Source: Stegostoma tigrinum (taxonomy: Eukaryota). Taken from it: a stretch of DNA of 64,000 nt. Below the pieces are notes generated by a model. The model was not told where the DNA came from, made no database searches, and saw only the letters and a list, made by a program, of their open reading frames with translations. The stretch covers positions 72,774,283 through 72,838,282 of the forward strand of contig NC_081359.1 in the NCBI RefSeq assembly GCF_030684315.1, written 5' to 3'. Shown in pieces: positions 1 through 13,893 of this stretch. The translations under genes were made by a program, and so were the position numbers. Positions within the stretch are counted from its first letter, which is position 1. Each line of letters starts with the position of its first letter.

Positions 1-218
1 CAAGTCATTAATAAAAATTACAAACAAGTAGAGGCCCAAGGACAGAGCCCTGTGGAACCCCACTCACCACCGACTTCCAGGCAGAATATTTTCCTTCTAC
101 TACCACTCGCTGTCTTCTGTTGGCCAGCCAATTCTGTATCCAGACAGCTAAGTTCCCCTGTATCCCATTCCTCCTGACCTTCTGAATGAGCCTACCATGG
201 GGAACCTTACAAATGCCT
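1..218 (-). mobile_element. CR1/HER1 LINE reverse transcriptase fragment
   Basis: Reverse complement reads approximately VPHGRLIQKVRRNGIQGNLAVWIQNWLANRRQRVVVEGKYSAWKSVVS..PQGSVLGP; homologous to the CR1 ORF at 52975-53577. Confidence 0.85.
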
Positions 219-259
219 TTATTTTCTATGTTCTATGTTCTAGTACACTTAGAAATGCA

Positions 260-895
260 GTGTGATTGGTACGACATGGTTTTACAGAAAATTCCATTTC
301 AAAAATGTATTACACTGAGGGTGTAAGTAGAAGAATAGACAAAGTGGACTCTGTCAGGTGGTAACCTTGGATTTCCAAAAGACATTTGATAAGGTGCCAC
401 CACACAAAGGTTAATACATAAGTTATTAGAGTGACGTATCGGCATGTATAGAGGATTAGTTAATTAACAGAAGCAGAGAAAACAAATAAATGTGACACTT
501 TCAAGTTACTGGCCTATTGAAATCTGCAGATGATACAAAATCATGTGGAAATGTAAGCTCTGTGAAGAACATAAGCTGCAAAGAGATGCAGACACGTCAA
601 TATAATGTGGGAAAATGTGAAGCTATTCACTTAACATTACATGGCTTGAAATTTGTAAATGCTGATGTTCAGAGAAGCGTCTACACGGAACACAAAGAGT
701 TAGCATCCAGGTACAACAAGCAATTGGGAAAGAAAATGGCATGTTGGCGTTAAGTGCAAAGAAACTGGAATACAGGCATAAAGATTGTTCATACAATTGT
801 GCAGGATTTTGAGGCCAAACTTAGAATAGTCTGTGGGGTTTTGGTCTCTATATATTCGCACTGGAGACAGATCATTGGAGGTTTCGTAGATTGTT
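260..895 (+). mobile_element. Old degenerate CR1 LINE RT fragment
   Basis: ttggatttccaaaagacatttgataaggtgcca (DFQKTFDKVP), tctgcagatgatacaaaa (FADDTK-like) and aatgtgggaaaatgtgaagctattcac (NVGKCEAIH); many indels. Confidence 0.7.
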
Positions 896-1023
896 CCATT
901 TTTAAGTGTTCTTGTAGACTTAGTTTTATGCTTGTTTGAAAAACAGGAGTTAAATTTTTAAAATGAAGTAAAATAAGGACATTGCTCTGAAGTAATCAGG
1001 CAAGAAGAATGGTACAAAAAACG

Positions 1024-1029
1024 TTTATT
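1024..1029 (-). terminator. Candidate distal polyadenylation signal of gja3 (AATAAA)
   Basis: TTTATT on + at the edge of a ~2.8 kb repeat-free AT-rich tract downstream of the gja3 stop; alternative hexamers at 1569 and 2733. Confidence 0.4.
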
Positions 1030-3827
1030 AGGTAACACTTTTGTAAACATGTGAGGTAAATTAACATTTACATCAATTTGCTCTTACAGCTTATAATACA
1101 TAAGGCACATCTTTAAAGACAGTACTTAAAACAGCTTTGCTGCTTTTGCTCCAAATCATTGAATGTCCCTGACTGCCCAGAAAGTACATTATCACTGAAT
1201 GAAGGATATATTAGGTAAGTGATAGAATGTTTTCATGGGCAACAAGCAGGCTTGAAGCCTCCAGGCAAGTCTTCAGCTGTTAACGAAAAGCATGGTAGAA
1301 AGCAACACATTGAATTAAGAAACCTAATCAGTCAACTCAAATTTAGTGTACAAAATATTTTCTCATCTAATATAGTCTTTTGGTCTAGCAAATGTATATT
1401 GGACTAATCACCAAATATGCCCAACTGCTATATCCCAATGCTACATGATTATCTATCACAAGGTAAATTATTTTGTGGCTATAGCTTTGTATTTCTCATA
1501 TTCAACATAAACCAGATCTAATACAATAACATTGTAAATAACTTTTATGTGTATACCAGAAATTATTTTTTATTGTATGTACTGCCTTTTCTGTGAAGAG
1601 CCCCAATTTAGTTTTAAGACATTTAATTTTGGATTCAATACATATCAGCAGGGCCATTTTCTTAAAATTTGGTATCCAACAATGTAAACTGTGGCATCTG
1701 TTTTCGTTTTTTATTTGCTCAAATGTGCAATTTTAGATAATGTAAACGTTCAGAAATCATAACATTGGCACAAAGACAGCACAAGAAAATAGGTGCGAAT
1801 AAAGAATGTTAAAAACATTACACCTACAAACTTATTCCTTCACTTATTTAGTTAATAATGTTAAGGCTTTCAATAAAGTAATGCCAAGATAGAAAATTAA
1901 ATCAGTCCTTGGAAAACATTAAGGGAAGCCTTTGATTCCTTAATTCAAGGAATATGTAATTTTGATAGTTTATTTGGACAATTATCTATTGGGTTCAAAG
2001 CAAGAGCCAATTGTTTAAAACTTTATATGAGAAAATCATCTCATTGAGAAGAGCAGATTTGTTTTCAGTGTAACCAAAAACAGGACCGTAATTAAGCCTG
2101 TTCTAAGATTTTTTTTGAGTTAGGGTACTCCAGAAAATAAACTAAATTTTCAGAATAGCTTTTGCATAAAACCATGCGATTAAAGTAATAAGCATTTCTC
2201 CCTTTTAAAAAAAGGTTTCTGGTCGTAAAATGTGTTTCGGAAATCAATCTGGCTCTGAAGCAAAGATGAAACCTAGAATACCTCTAATACATAATGTATC
2301 TTCTGTATGTCCTTTCTTCCTGAAAGTTTTATCAATTTTTACTCAAGTGCTCATCTCCTAAAAAGATGTGATATAATGGGCCTGTGCAGCCTTGCTTTGC
2401 CTAATGATTCTTTGCAAGATTCTACCATGGCTGTCAAGGTCAATTGACATTTTAACACTTGTTTTCCTGATATTAGCCAAGATAACAAATCTTGAAAAAC
2501 ATATCAAAACTAAATGCCCAAAGCAACAAAATTCAATTCACTTTTTTTTCCCAGCAATGAAAATTAGGCTGCAACATTATATCCTATCCCTGGAATATTA
2601 GCAGTAGTTTGTCATCTCTGCAATTAAGGCTTATAGCAATAATTACAGAACTATCATTTGGTAGTTTCAAATTTAACATGGTGTTGGAAAGGTAGAACAT
2701 ATTCTTAAATGAACACCTGGGGCTATTTCAATTTTATTCACAATGTTTTTTTTAAAACAATGTTGTGATGGTAAACTTAACTTTAACACCTTTTTAAGAA
2801 GTAAAAACATTACTCTTCTTTAAGTAGTTTTATCGCAAACTATCCTTTTTATAATACTTCTTGGTCATTCTAACCCATCTTCTGTTCTGATGTTTTCAAG
2901 TGTGATGGACTCCTAAATTTGTCAGTAATATTGTATCTGTTAATACAAACAAACTGTGCCCTCACACACAAATAAAGTGCAGGGTATTCCCCTTTAATGT
3001 TTAATTGGTTTATGTTTGCTGCCTTGCTATACATTTTAGAATACATTTAAATTCATGTTATTTCCATGTATCATATGCTTTAAAAATGCATTCATTCCTT
3101 CTGTCTTTTGTCTATAAGCAGAACAATTTAATGTTTTACATTGTTGGGCCACGTGGAACAATGGAGATGGATGAAAACCAAGAAGTTAAAATACTGCAAC
3201 TCTTTAGTAGACCTAAGTTGAGTGTGTCTCATGAGTAATGAAGCTTTCTGAAATTTGGTGTTCAGTTTTAACGACTTTACCTACTGTATTCATTTGAAGA
3301 GAAGAGATTAGAATGCATATTTTTAACTTGAATAAGACATTTTAGGAGTAGTTTGTCGCGTTTACCGTAGACATCTTACCTCGCCATAAAAGTGATATTA
3401 ACATATTAAAAAGTACAGTTCTTAAGTCAACGTGTAGTAGTGGGTTCGGCAAAATGAGTTCTTAGAGGTGAAATTAATGATTATGAATCAATTGAAAGTA
3501 CTCTTTCTTGAATCCGGTTTGGCTTTATGCCCTTGATTTCGCATCATGTTAATCATTTTGCCACTTCTGGCTATCTAATTAAGTTATCAGTAGTTTTTCT
3601 TTTGTGAAAAAAATTAAAATTGGAACATGTGTAAATGTTAAAGCTAACGGATGTGTAACTTTTAACAAAATCGACTCTGTGAATGCCACTAACAATACAA
3701 CTCCGAGAGCGCATTGCAAATGCATGCTTCTCAGCATGCATGGTTCTCCACCTACCCGACTTGTTATTAAAACTTTGTAGCGATTTAAGAGAGGATGAAG
3801 GAGAAAGAGTGGTGTACGAAGCAGGCG

Positions 3828-4997
3828 CTAAACCGCCAGATCGTCCGACCTTGCCCTGCTCGCCCGGCTTATGGGTCGTGTGTCAGTAACAGGAGGATCG
3901 TGCATCTCTGCCATTGTGGTCACGTGGCCGTTTCCGCGCGGTTCCCCGCCCGCAGACGCGCTCTCCTGATTGGCCGGCGCGAGGAGCGCGCGCTCCTGAC
4001 TCCCGTTCCCACTGCCGTTGTTGGCGCTGAGTTGGCGGGTCTGCTCGGCGGCCATGTTGGCCCAGTTCTGCTCGGCGGCCAGATTGTTGTTGTACATTAC
4101 ATACGGCGATCTGTCCTCGGGCAACGCTGCCATTTTGAACTCGTTCGGCGGGGCTCCGGGGTAGGGATGGGGTCCCTCGGCTGTGTCCGGGAAGTACGGG
4201 TAACTGAAGGTGCTCGGGGCAGTTTTTGTGACTGGCGTCAGGGGCTCCGGCTTCTGCTCGAGTTCCGGGGGCTGTCGATTAGTCACTCCTTGTCGCAGCT
4301 TCTTCCAGCCGAGGTGATAGATTTCCATTAGGTTCAAGAAAAGGGACACGCAAGCCACTACAAGCATAAATAGGATGAAGATAGTCTTCTCTGTTGGCCG
4401 TGATATGAAGCAGTCCACGGTGTTGGGGCATGGCCATCTATTGCACCTGTACAGAGGTCTAAGCTTAAAGCCATATAAGATATACTGACCTACAATAAAT
4501 CCAATTTCAAACATCGCTTTGAAAATAATATTGAAAACGTAGGTGCGTAGTAAAGCCCCTTGAATTCGGATTTTGCCATGGTCATCTCTAAAAGGGAGTT
4601 TCTCCTTTTTACTATTTTTAAGCAGCACTTCTTTGTCTGCTTCATTCTGGGCTTTGCTAATCTCTTCTTCCCTCTCCTTCCTTTTATCTTCCATCCGCAC
4701 AATGTGCAGTACATGGCCCAGGTATATCAAGGTGGGCGTTGACACGAAAATGATCTGGAGCACCCAGAATCGGATGTGAGAGATGGGGAATGCCATGTCA
4801 TAGCAGACGTTCTCGCAACCGGGCTGCTGGGTATTGCAGGTGAAATCAGATTGCTCATCTCCCCAGACCTCCTCAGCTGCAGCTCCCAGCACTAGGATTC
4901 GGAAGATGAACAGCACAGTCAACCAAACCTTGCCTACCACTGTCGAGTGTTCCTGCGCATTCTCCAGAAGCCTTCCCAGAAAACTCCAGTCACCCAT
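3828..4997 (-). CDS. gja3: Gap junction alpha-3 protein (connexin 46), 389 aa, single coding exon
   Basis: N-terminus [20 protein letters not shown] typical of Cx46; extracellular loops [12 protein letters not shown] and [21 protein letters not shown]; EQNWAN motif; C-terminal [12 protein letters not shown]-binding end; adjacent to a beta connexin as in human 13q12. Confidence 0.96.
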   Translation of the reverse strand: MGDWSFLGRLLENAQEHSTVVGKVWLTVLFIFRILVLGAAAEEVWGDEQSDFTCNTQQPGCENVCYDMAFPISHIRFWVLQIIFVSTPTLIYLGHVLHIVRMEDKRKEREEEISKAQNEADKEVLLKNSKKEKLPFRDDHGKIRIQGALLRTYVFNIIFKAMFEIGFIVGQYILYGFKLRPLYRCNRWPCPNTVDCFISRPTEKTIFILFMLVVACVSLFLNLMEIYHLGWKKLRQGVTNRQPPELEQKPEPLTPVTKTAPSTFSYPYFPDTAEGPHPYPGAPPNEFKMAALPEDRSPYVMYNNNLAAEQNWANMAAEQTRQLSANNGSGNGSQERALLAPANQESASAGGEPRGNGHVTTMAEMHDPPVTDTRPISRASRARSDDLAV

Positions 4998-5015
4998 TGT
5001 TTCAATTCTCTATTC

Positions 5016-5030
5016 CTGCAAAAGCAATCC
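5016..5030 (-). promoter_or_regulatory. Splice acceptor of the gja3 coding exon
   Basis: Minus strand ttgcttttgcag|gaatagagaattgaaacaATG; exon starts at 5015, 18 nt before the ATG, the typical connexin layout. Confidence 0.8.
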
Positions 5031-5904
5031 ATATAACAAAGAGCCATTAGATACTAGAGAATGGGAAGGCTAAAACCTTCATGGATATTTGGATTGATGG
5101 TTTTGAAAATACAGCAATGCGGGTTATTCAGTGTCCTTGTGGTTATTCAAAAGCAAATGTTGACATTATTGAATTGACCAAGGATTGTATTATAATTGCA
5201 AGTGCACAAGATCGTTCATTTTGAAAATAATCTTTTGACTTTTTTTTACCAAATTAAATCGCGCCAATTATATTATTGGGCTCCGCAAATTCTTACAAAA
5301 TAGTTATTTTTGCACTTCGTTTTTCCACTTTAAAAATACAAATTGCTGTGGTCAATATCAAATAATTAAGGACGGTTAATCTCGTATTTTGCCACTAAAA
5401 TCAGAAACCGATCGAGTGCCTTAAAATCTGAAACTAAATTTTTACATCTATTTACAGACTTGCAAAGTTGTTTGAATTCTGAAAAGAATGCCGTAATTTG
5501 GTGGCAGTTCAAATACTATATTAATAAGCAGAAAATTTAGAATTTGAATACGAAACAGTGATGTTAAGTCATTTATGCGCTAAGTCTTCGAAATAAGTGT
5601 TTGGGAATATGTATTTGAGAAAGAAAAAGTAATAATTGTATGACACGGAAATCTTAAGAAATCTTATCACAGGAAACACCGAGTACTGAAAAGAAACCCT
5701 GAACCAGTGAAATTGCCTAAATCAAGTCAAATTGCCTGCTCAAGTACAGTGGACGCTGCTTTTCAGAATGTGGAAGGTGGAGAGATGAATTACACTGGTC
5801 CAAAAATCTTGTCTTAATCGTCATGATTCTATCGGTGATACAGTTTGTCCTTATTGAAAGATGGGACAATAAACCGTAGACACACACGGGGTGCGGGGTG
5901 GGCT

Positions 5905-6010
5905 GTGTCATGCGGCAATGTCCCTTCCTCTGGGCCAGAAGGCCTGGGTTCAAGTCCCATCCTGTTCCAGAGATATTTCGTTAAATGTCTGAATAGGTTG
6001 ATTAAAATAT
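5905..6010 (+). mobile_element. Short tRNA-derived SINE (family X)
   Basis: B-box ggttcaagtccc; 3' end ctgaataggttgattaaaa shared with copies at 38293 and 55635-56283. Confidence 0.6.
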
Positions 6011-7544
6011 CTATAAGCCTTCAATAAATACCTCAATAGTATTTCCAATAGCAAACAGAATAAACATACATCAGTTTAAATCTTATTTGTGTTATGAATG
6101 CATGATAAATTCAATAACTTGAATGATAGGTTTGGGTTCCCGTAAATTGATCAGTACATTTGATTTCGGGGCTTTCATTTCTTCGATATTTTACTTTGTG
6201 TTTAGCAATGTGGAAAGTAATATGTGTATTTTAGTTTGATGCAACTACCCTAGAAATTACCTCATAAGACAACTAAAGAAACAAGGCACTTCTGTGAAAA
6301 ATTATGAGATATGCCAGTTGTTGATTTTGTTCATGACGGTAATACTATCAGTTTCCAGTTTTGAACTATAATAGCTAATTTCAGAAATATTAACTTATTG
6401 TTTCTGTATACTAACGGATAAATTATTGACCCGAGTTTACACCAATATCCATTAGATTTAATTTAACTTCATCGCATAGTTGTTTCGCTAAGTAACGAAC
6501 ACGCCCAATTTCCTTCATTTATTCATTTCAACGCCATTTAATTATCAATAAATTTACATATTCAAACACTGAAACATTTCCTATTATTTCCAGGTTGAAT
6601 ATGCTTCAGCTAATCACAGCCAGTTGATGTAGGTGGCTATTTGAAATCATTGACATATTCGTAGCCTTAATTATTTATCGGTTCTATACCACAAAACACG
6701 ATTTCTGCAATCCTTTGCCCTTTACCTTTCATTCGTAATATTATCATTTGAATTCATTGTTTTGCACTTTATTTCGTTTTAATATGTTAGTTCTACTTAT
6801 TTCACTTCAGCAGTGCCCCAGACAGTTGTGTATCCTAGATGTGAGTTGCTGGTTTGAGTCACAGAGAACATATTTGTCGAAAAGTGCAACAGATAACAGT
6901 TAATTATATCGATGGTATTAATAACACCAAAATAACATAATTTCAGACTTGTTTATTTGTCAAAAGCATGCATGTAAAATGGTGCGTGAGTATAAATGAC
7001 GAGCCAAGTAGTCATTAAAGCGAAAACATTGGTGTTACGTATGCTCTCTTACCACACTGAATTTGGCTTGCACCGCAAATTAAAGTTAAAAGGGCAAATT
7101 CTGTATTAGTGATTCAATCTAACAGAATATTATGAAGCATATCGCTTAGAAATGCAAGCATGTGTTAGATAAGAACGTAATATTGACTACACTGGATAAA
7201 CAGACATTGCTAATCATCGAAATGTAGATGTGCCATTGTTTGGTTGTACGCGGGTTGTCTTTCAAATCGTCTAAAATTGATCAGTGTCATCCTAAACTTT
7301 TAGAAACTAATCATCTTAGCTGGGTTTTTGATATTTTTGGAGCTTCTGAATTCATAAACATAATTTAGATCGACCTTCGAATTTACATTGGACATTCAAC
7401 GTTTTAAAATTTCTTCGTAATAGACCGCCAACCAGACTTTGGTATCAAGTTCATGCGGGAAATTAATTCTGTTTAGTTTTAATGCTGGGCTTATCAGAAT
7501 ATCATTGGCAACCACTAAATGATTTTTAATTTAACCTATTTCTC

Positions 7545-7830
7545 CGATCAAGCTGTTCAGAGATGTCATTACACACCTCTGAAACATGTGGAACTTGAAC
7601 TTGGGTGTCTCGGTCTAGGTAAAAACCGATAGAACTGCGGATACTGTAAATCGGGAACAAAGACAAAGTTGCTGGAAAAACTCAGCTGGCCTGAGGAGGG
7701 ATCACCGGACCCGAAGCGTTGACTCTGTTTTTTCCTTCACAGATGCTGCCAGACCTGCTGAGCTTTTCCGGCAACTTTGTTTCCGTCTCTGGGTCTAGGG
7801 GGGGTGACACTACCGCTGCACCGCAAGAGT
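7545..7830 (-). mobile_element. Family X tRNA-derived SINE interrupted by a PLE-derived element
   Basis: Halves 7545-7619 and 7792-7830 join into a SINE (A-box gtgcagcggtag, B-box gttcaagttcc on minus). Confidence 0.65.
7620..7791 (+). mobile_element. PLE-derived short inverted-repeat element with hammerhead core
   Basis: Arms acaaagttgctggaaaaactcagc / gctgagcttttccggcaactttgt; core CTGAGGA(7691)..cccGAAGCGTTgactct; flanking ggtctagg at 7612-7619 and 7792-7799. Confidence 0.75.
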
Positions 7831-9285
7831 CCTAACCGCTAAATTTAATTCGTTCTTCATTTCAACACCATTACGATTAATTAAAGTATCGGTAATCAAG
7901 TTTCACTGTAGTAATTAAAATTTAAAAAACATTTAAATTCTTCATTTTAAAGCTAGATAATCAAGAAGTTTAAATTTTTGTGTTGCATGTACCTCATTAC
8001 CATCAAGTTATGCATTTGAAATCCTGGCAATTCAGCGGACTGAGATGCAGCCTTCCACAGTTGCTTGCGTCAACAGAATACAAATTGCTGAATAAGGAAA
8101 AAATAGCTTATTCAGCTTCACGTGGTATCAACAGGTGCCCAGTACAAAATAGTATCGATTTTACTCATTTAATATTTCTCACATTATGTTTTTGCTTTAG
8201 TGTCATTACTGTCATTTCGTGGAAAGTGTCAACTTTGGTATGAAAAATAAAAGCAAATACTTTACCATTAGCCATGGCACTATAACCTAAACGTATCATC
8301 ATCATCAATGACATTTTACTTATGTAGAAAAATCTGATGCCTGCTAAATAAAAAAGAAAACTCAAGAAACCGCTGCGAAAATAAATGATCAGACTTGTAA
8401 CATCGTAGTTTGCTGTAAATTGTCTCCGTTTCCAAGCCCATTGCAGTCATCAAGGATTGTAGAACAGTGCTTTTAGAAAAGGTAGCCAAATGCAAGGAAG
8501 ATGAAAACTTATCCGGTCAGAGACGGTGTGGGTTGAGTTATTGTGTAATTTGATTTTTTGTTGTTAATGACAGTGTCTTCCTCTGTAAGTTTTGCAGGAA
8601 AACTACGTCTGATGTTTTAAGGGTGAAATCAGAGTTAATTTTAACACAAACCTTGTATTGCTTTATGAGGATGCTGGCTCTCCGATGCGCCGTTTTATAG
8701 CTGCTATTGTTTTCCGAACGTATATTTGAAGTTGATTGGACATTAAGGGAATAAAAATACCACAAAAGTTTGCGCAGAACCGAATTTAACCTCAAAATGT
8801 TGCAGCTCATTTCAATTGTACCGACCTTAATCTGAACCACCGGCTTTGAGTTTCAGAATAAACACACCATGTGAGATCGTCGGGAAAATGCCGAATCTGT
8901 ACAGTCAGCGAAGCCGTTCTTTTCATTCACTAATAAACTTCCTTGCTACAGTTTTACATCCAAACACATATCAACTGCTCAAATGTAACTTTCAGTTTAA
9001 TTCGTATGAAAATAGATACCGAAAATCCTTGTTATGTAAGAAACTCCAAAAAGATCTTTACCACATCCGCCCAACCACAAACCACACACAAACAGCGGGT
9101 GTGTGAAGACTCCCACCTCATCAAAATGTTTCATGATAGCAAATTGTATCATACCTCAAACTAGAGATGACAAAACCAGCTAGCTAGTAACACATCCGGC
9201 TGTCATAGATGCCACATTTTGAATGCGCTGGGGACACGAAACAGACTTGTCTATGTAACCCTCCCCCTCCCCAGCACTGCTGCCA

Positions 9286-9670
9286 GCTTACCCGACACTT
9301 CTGACCGCTGTCAGCCAGCCTATTCAAGCACAATCACTTTCTTCACACATCGATTTCCAAGTCAGTCTTGCATGGAGGAGAAAAGTGACTCAAAGTTCTA
9401 TTAAACCTACAGATAGGACCGCGCGAAGTTCCTGCTCTCCCCTAGCCATCGCCGCTGTCACGTTATGTGAGAACGCATGGCTGCAGCTCCCTTGTCACTA
9501 GACGAAGGGCAACGCCACGCCCCTACCAAAAAGACCCAAGCAAAACTCATCACTCTGGAAGAAGGTAGAGTTATAATCTTTGTAGGTTTATCACTGCACT
9601 TTAAAATAATTAACCAAACTAAAAAGTTACTTTTCATTGTAAATACAATGGAATTCTTCGTGTTTATACA
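9286..9670 (-). promoter_or_regulatory. Candidate gja3 non-coding exon 1 and promoter
   Basis: Donor-like GG|GTAAGC at 9292/9291 within a locally GC/CpG-rich patch (9230-9530); TATAAA on minus at 9663-9668; no transcript evidence. Confidence 0.35.
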
Positions 9671-11289
9671 AACCTGAATTTTTTAAATTCTGAACTTAGT
9701 TGACAAATGAACTAAACTTTCAAACCAGTCTGATCATATACATAATTATATGCTTTAAATTTTAAAATATAGGCTTGCTAGTGTATGACTCTATTGGAAA
9801 GAAGAATTGTTTATTGAATTGATTCGTTATATCGTAAATATTTTTGTAGTCACTCTGAATTTGATCAACCACAAATGGTTACATTCTTCCACATATAGTC
9901 GCTGCCAGTAAAAGAAAAACGTTGAATATAGTTCAACACCATAAAGTCATTATTAAATCTGTCATTTGTTACAAACACATCAGCCCAAGACTATATGTCA
10001 ACTTTGTTGATTTAGTGACTTACTCAGAAGTATTAAGATGTTAACAATCAAAAGGATTGTTAGAAATGTCACAACTGTTTAATGTTAAACAGGTTGTAGC
10101 AGCTGTTTCTAAAATTAATTCTCGGCATTGCCATATAACGTTGCGAAGTTCTATTTCTGATTGACTATATTGCACTCTTCATAATTCCCCGATTACCACC
10201 ATAAGAAATTTGCTTGTTTTACTGAAAGCATAGTTGGTACAAACCTCATTAATTATATCTCTATGCAAGTTATATTCCACTCGTATTATTACTGTTAAAA
10301 GCTGTCAGAATTGTACTTTGTCCATTATCTCACGTATTGTAAAACAATTCGGATAGAGCAAATTCGGTAATAGAAACAACAAACTGTGCTGATTCAAGGC
10401 ACAAATATTTTACACGCTCAATTCCTGCCTTATTTACTACTTTGCCTCAAATCTAATTAAAATTTTGAACGCCATTTTTAAACAAATGAGTAAATCTGCG
10501 TTTCTAAGCATGAAATAAAACCAACCTAGGATGGAGAAAATAGTGTATCTTTAAACATTTACGCTCTTAAAGGAACATCAATATTCCATCATTTAATTTT
10601 TACATCTCTGTTATTTTGATGATTAGCAGCATCTTGCACCATATAAGACTGCATAAGGTAGAGTTATCCAACCCTATGACAATCACTTAGTTCCATTAAG
10701 TACTCACCATTATAATGGTGTCACTGTACATTTTCCAATGTGTGAACAAAATAGGTAAAACTTATAAAAAATGTTTCAATGTCAGCTCAGTGTCTGGATC
10801 CATTATCTAGTGTGGCATTGAACAATATATTTTGAAGATTTCAGCTTTGATCCTTACCCTGTGCGGAGTAAACTTTTCTTAACTGGTATGGTGGTGAGGG
10901 ACTGCAATTGGTTTGGATATTACTTCATTAGGGAGGTCAGGAACTGAGTCAGATATCCTACTCTTGCTTCCTATACAGAAACTCCATTGTGATGTCCCTT
11001 TTTAGAAAAGAAATCACTATTCTCACTTACATATGGTAAATATTTGGGGAGTGTGCCAGAGAATAATATTGTTTCATTGCATATTGGTGTGAAACTAATG
11101 ATAGGTTCAGTTCTCTTTCTCAGCCCTGTCTGAATTCTTTGTTCATTCACCGTAAAACTGCAATTTCCATTGAGACACTATTTTTAATGTAGAAAACTAA
11201 GGCACTTCTCCCAGCAATGGAGTGAATAATGAACAGGATGTTAGAATCAGTTGAACAGAGTGTGTGGATTACAGAATTTGAACAGTGGT

Positions 11290-12750
11290 TTTTCATTCAT
11301 TCATTGGAATGTGAAAATTTCTAAGTGGGTCAGCATTTATGCTCCATCTGTAATTGCCATTTGGAAAGGAGTGAACTGTTTTCTTGGAATACTGCAGCCT
11401 ATGTGGTGTTGGTGACCCATATTGCAGTCAAAGAAAAAAAAACAAGACTTTGATCCAGCAGCAGTGAAGGAAGAGTGATACTGTTCCAAGTCAGGATGAT
11501 GTGTATCTCAGAGGGCAATTGTAGATCTTGGTGCTCTCATATTGTCCCTATCTATTTAGATAGGAGATGCCATTGTTACTGGATTAGAAGGTGCAGTCAA
11601 AAAGGCTTAGTGGGTTGCTGCATGCTTTTTTGTTAATGGTACACATTGCTCCTTCTCTACTCCAGTAGTGGAGGAAGATGTTGGATGAGGTGCCAGTGAA
11701 GCAGATTGTTTTGCCTCAGATAGTTTCAAGTTTCTTGAAGATTGTTGAAGATATATTCACACAGGCATGTGTAGAGTATTGATCATAATCCTGCCTTGTT
11801 CCATGTAATTGTAGACATGCTATGGGTGGCCAAGAAATGAGTGATCTGCTGCAGAATTCCCAGTTTCTGATTTGATCTTGCAGCCATAGTATTTATATGA
11901 TGGGTCTAACCAAGTTTCTGGTCAATGGTAGTTCCAGAATGTTGGTAATGGAAGATTCACCAATGACAAATCTGTTGAATATTAAGGAGATAAGTTAATT
12001 CTCTCTGTTGAATAAGGTTATTGCCTGTTACTTGTGTTATAAACTTACACATCATTTTATCAGCCCAATCATAAATGCTGTCCAGATCTTGCTGAACATG
12101 GGCACAGACTTTTTCAGTGGAGTTTAAGAAACATGCTGAACCATCAGCAAACCACTTCTGGCTTTATACTGGAGGAAAGTTAATTAATGAAACTTTGAAG
12201 ATGGTTGGATACAAAGTATTATCCTCAGGTATTCTAACATTGCAGAACAGCGAGATCTTGAGACTGAGATGGCTAGATCCAACAACCACAATTATCTTCC
12301 TTTGTGCCAAGTTTGATTCCAACCATAGAGCATTTTCCTCCTGATTCCCATTGACTTCAATTTTGCTAAGGCTTCTTGATGCCACTTTCACTCAAATGAT
12401 TCCATGATATCAAAGGCAGTCACTATCATATCCCCTTTTGAGTTTGTCCATGGAATGAAGTCTGGACACGTATTCAAAATACAGCCAAACTAATCATAAT
12501 GAGCCGCTTATTGCTGTGCTTCATTATAGCACTGTTGCTTTGCTGATGAATAGACTGACACGTTTGTAAATGCTGGATTGAATTTGTCCTGTATATTTTT
12601 AAGGAGATAGGATATACCTGGAAAATTTTCTACATTGTCAGCCTAGTGTAGTGTGGTAGATGCACTGAGACAGCTTGGCTAGCAAGAGGTTGATTGAGTA
12701 TTTTAGTAGATATACTATCATAGTCCATAGTTTTTGTTTTATCCAGTTAG
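11290..12750 (-). mobile_element. Old L2/CR1-type LINE 3' portion
   Basis: Begins ttcattcattcattggaatgtg..cagcatttat; contains ttccaagtcaggatgatgtg shared with 42870, 51470 and 61815 and, inverted, 56880. Confidence 0.7.
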
Positions 12751-13893
12751 AGATGGAAAAACCAAATTCAGACTTTTCAACAAAGACAGGACTTTAACTG
12801 TGAGCGCTGGGGTCCTTTAACCAATGCAGATAAGTGAAACCAAATGTAGTCCCAAATGGATCTTTGTGCTATATAAGATGTAAGCCATATATGTTTGAAT
12901 GAAATCATGGAGAGAAGAAGATGGAAGCCAATGAGGAATGCTTTGAACAGCTATTTCTGGAGATGATAGAATACATAATTGAACCTGGCAGCTGTAGACT
13001 GGTTCTTGTGGTATTTGTGGCTAGAAGGATGCAGCTACCATTCTCCGTTCCCTGACTATGTGGCTTACTGTGCTGGATTTAATAAGAAGATGCCCATCTC
13101 AGCAAAATTAGTTTTTTGCATGATACTAATTAGGTACAAGTTACATTAACTAGATACACATTCTTACTAAGACTATGGGGAAACATAAATAATGCATCAA
13201 GCCTCTTTAAGATTTAGAGCTCTTTTCCCTGTTTCTCTCCCCAAGATTGTATGATGTGATCAGATTGAATGGAACTTAATGCAGTCTGCAACACTAATCC
13301 TCACAAAACCATTATCTTACATACATTTCTACTTTGAAAGAAGGCTGGTGTTGTTACAGAGAAGAGGTAGGTAGTTTGTTTTTGTGATGAAGAGTGTAAG
13401 GAATTTGCTTAAAGTCAAAAAGGCCAACAAGGCACTGAAGAGTCTTTTGTCCAAGACAATGGCTGAGAAGGTGGATGGAACTGATCATATGTTTTAGTAG
13501 GAATTGTGTATTTAGTTAGCTGAATTTATGACTCAGAAATGATTGGATGTCAACACATGGTCTGGCAACACAGAAACAGTGGAGGGATTGAGAAATTTAG
13601 AGCCTTATATCATTGGTATATATGTGGAAGCTGACATCACATTGGCGCAGGATGTGATGTGACTGAATGGAAGCAGGAGGATAGCTCCTTGGTGACAGCA
13701 GGTGGTAGTGGATAGGTTCGAAGAAATGTCATTGATAAGGATAAACAAAACCAAAGCACTGAGGAGGCAGGAAATCAGAAAGAAAAACAAAAATTACTGG
13801 AAAAACTCAGCAGGTCCAGCAGAATCTGTTTGCTTCACGTATGAGAGCTGGTGGGATCAATGCCCACATTCTCCAGTTGGGCTCTGTGGTGGT

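Noticed and set aside
3795-4331. 178-aa plus-strand ORF
   Set aside because: Antisense to the GC-rich gja3 C-terminal tail
9299-9316. Maf-site-like ctgac..gtcagc near the candidate gja3 exon 1
   Set aside because: Spacing does not fit a canonical MARE; too weak without conservation data
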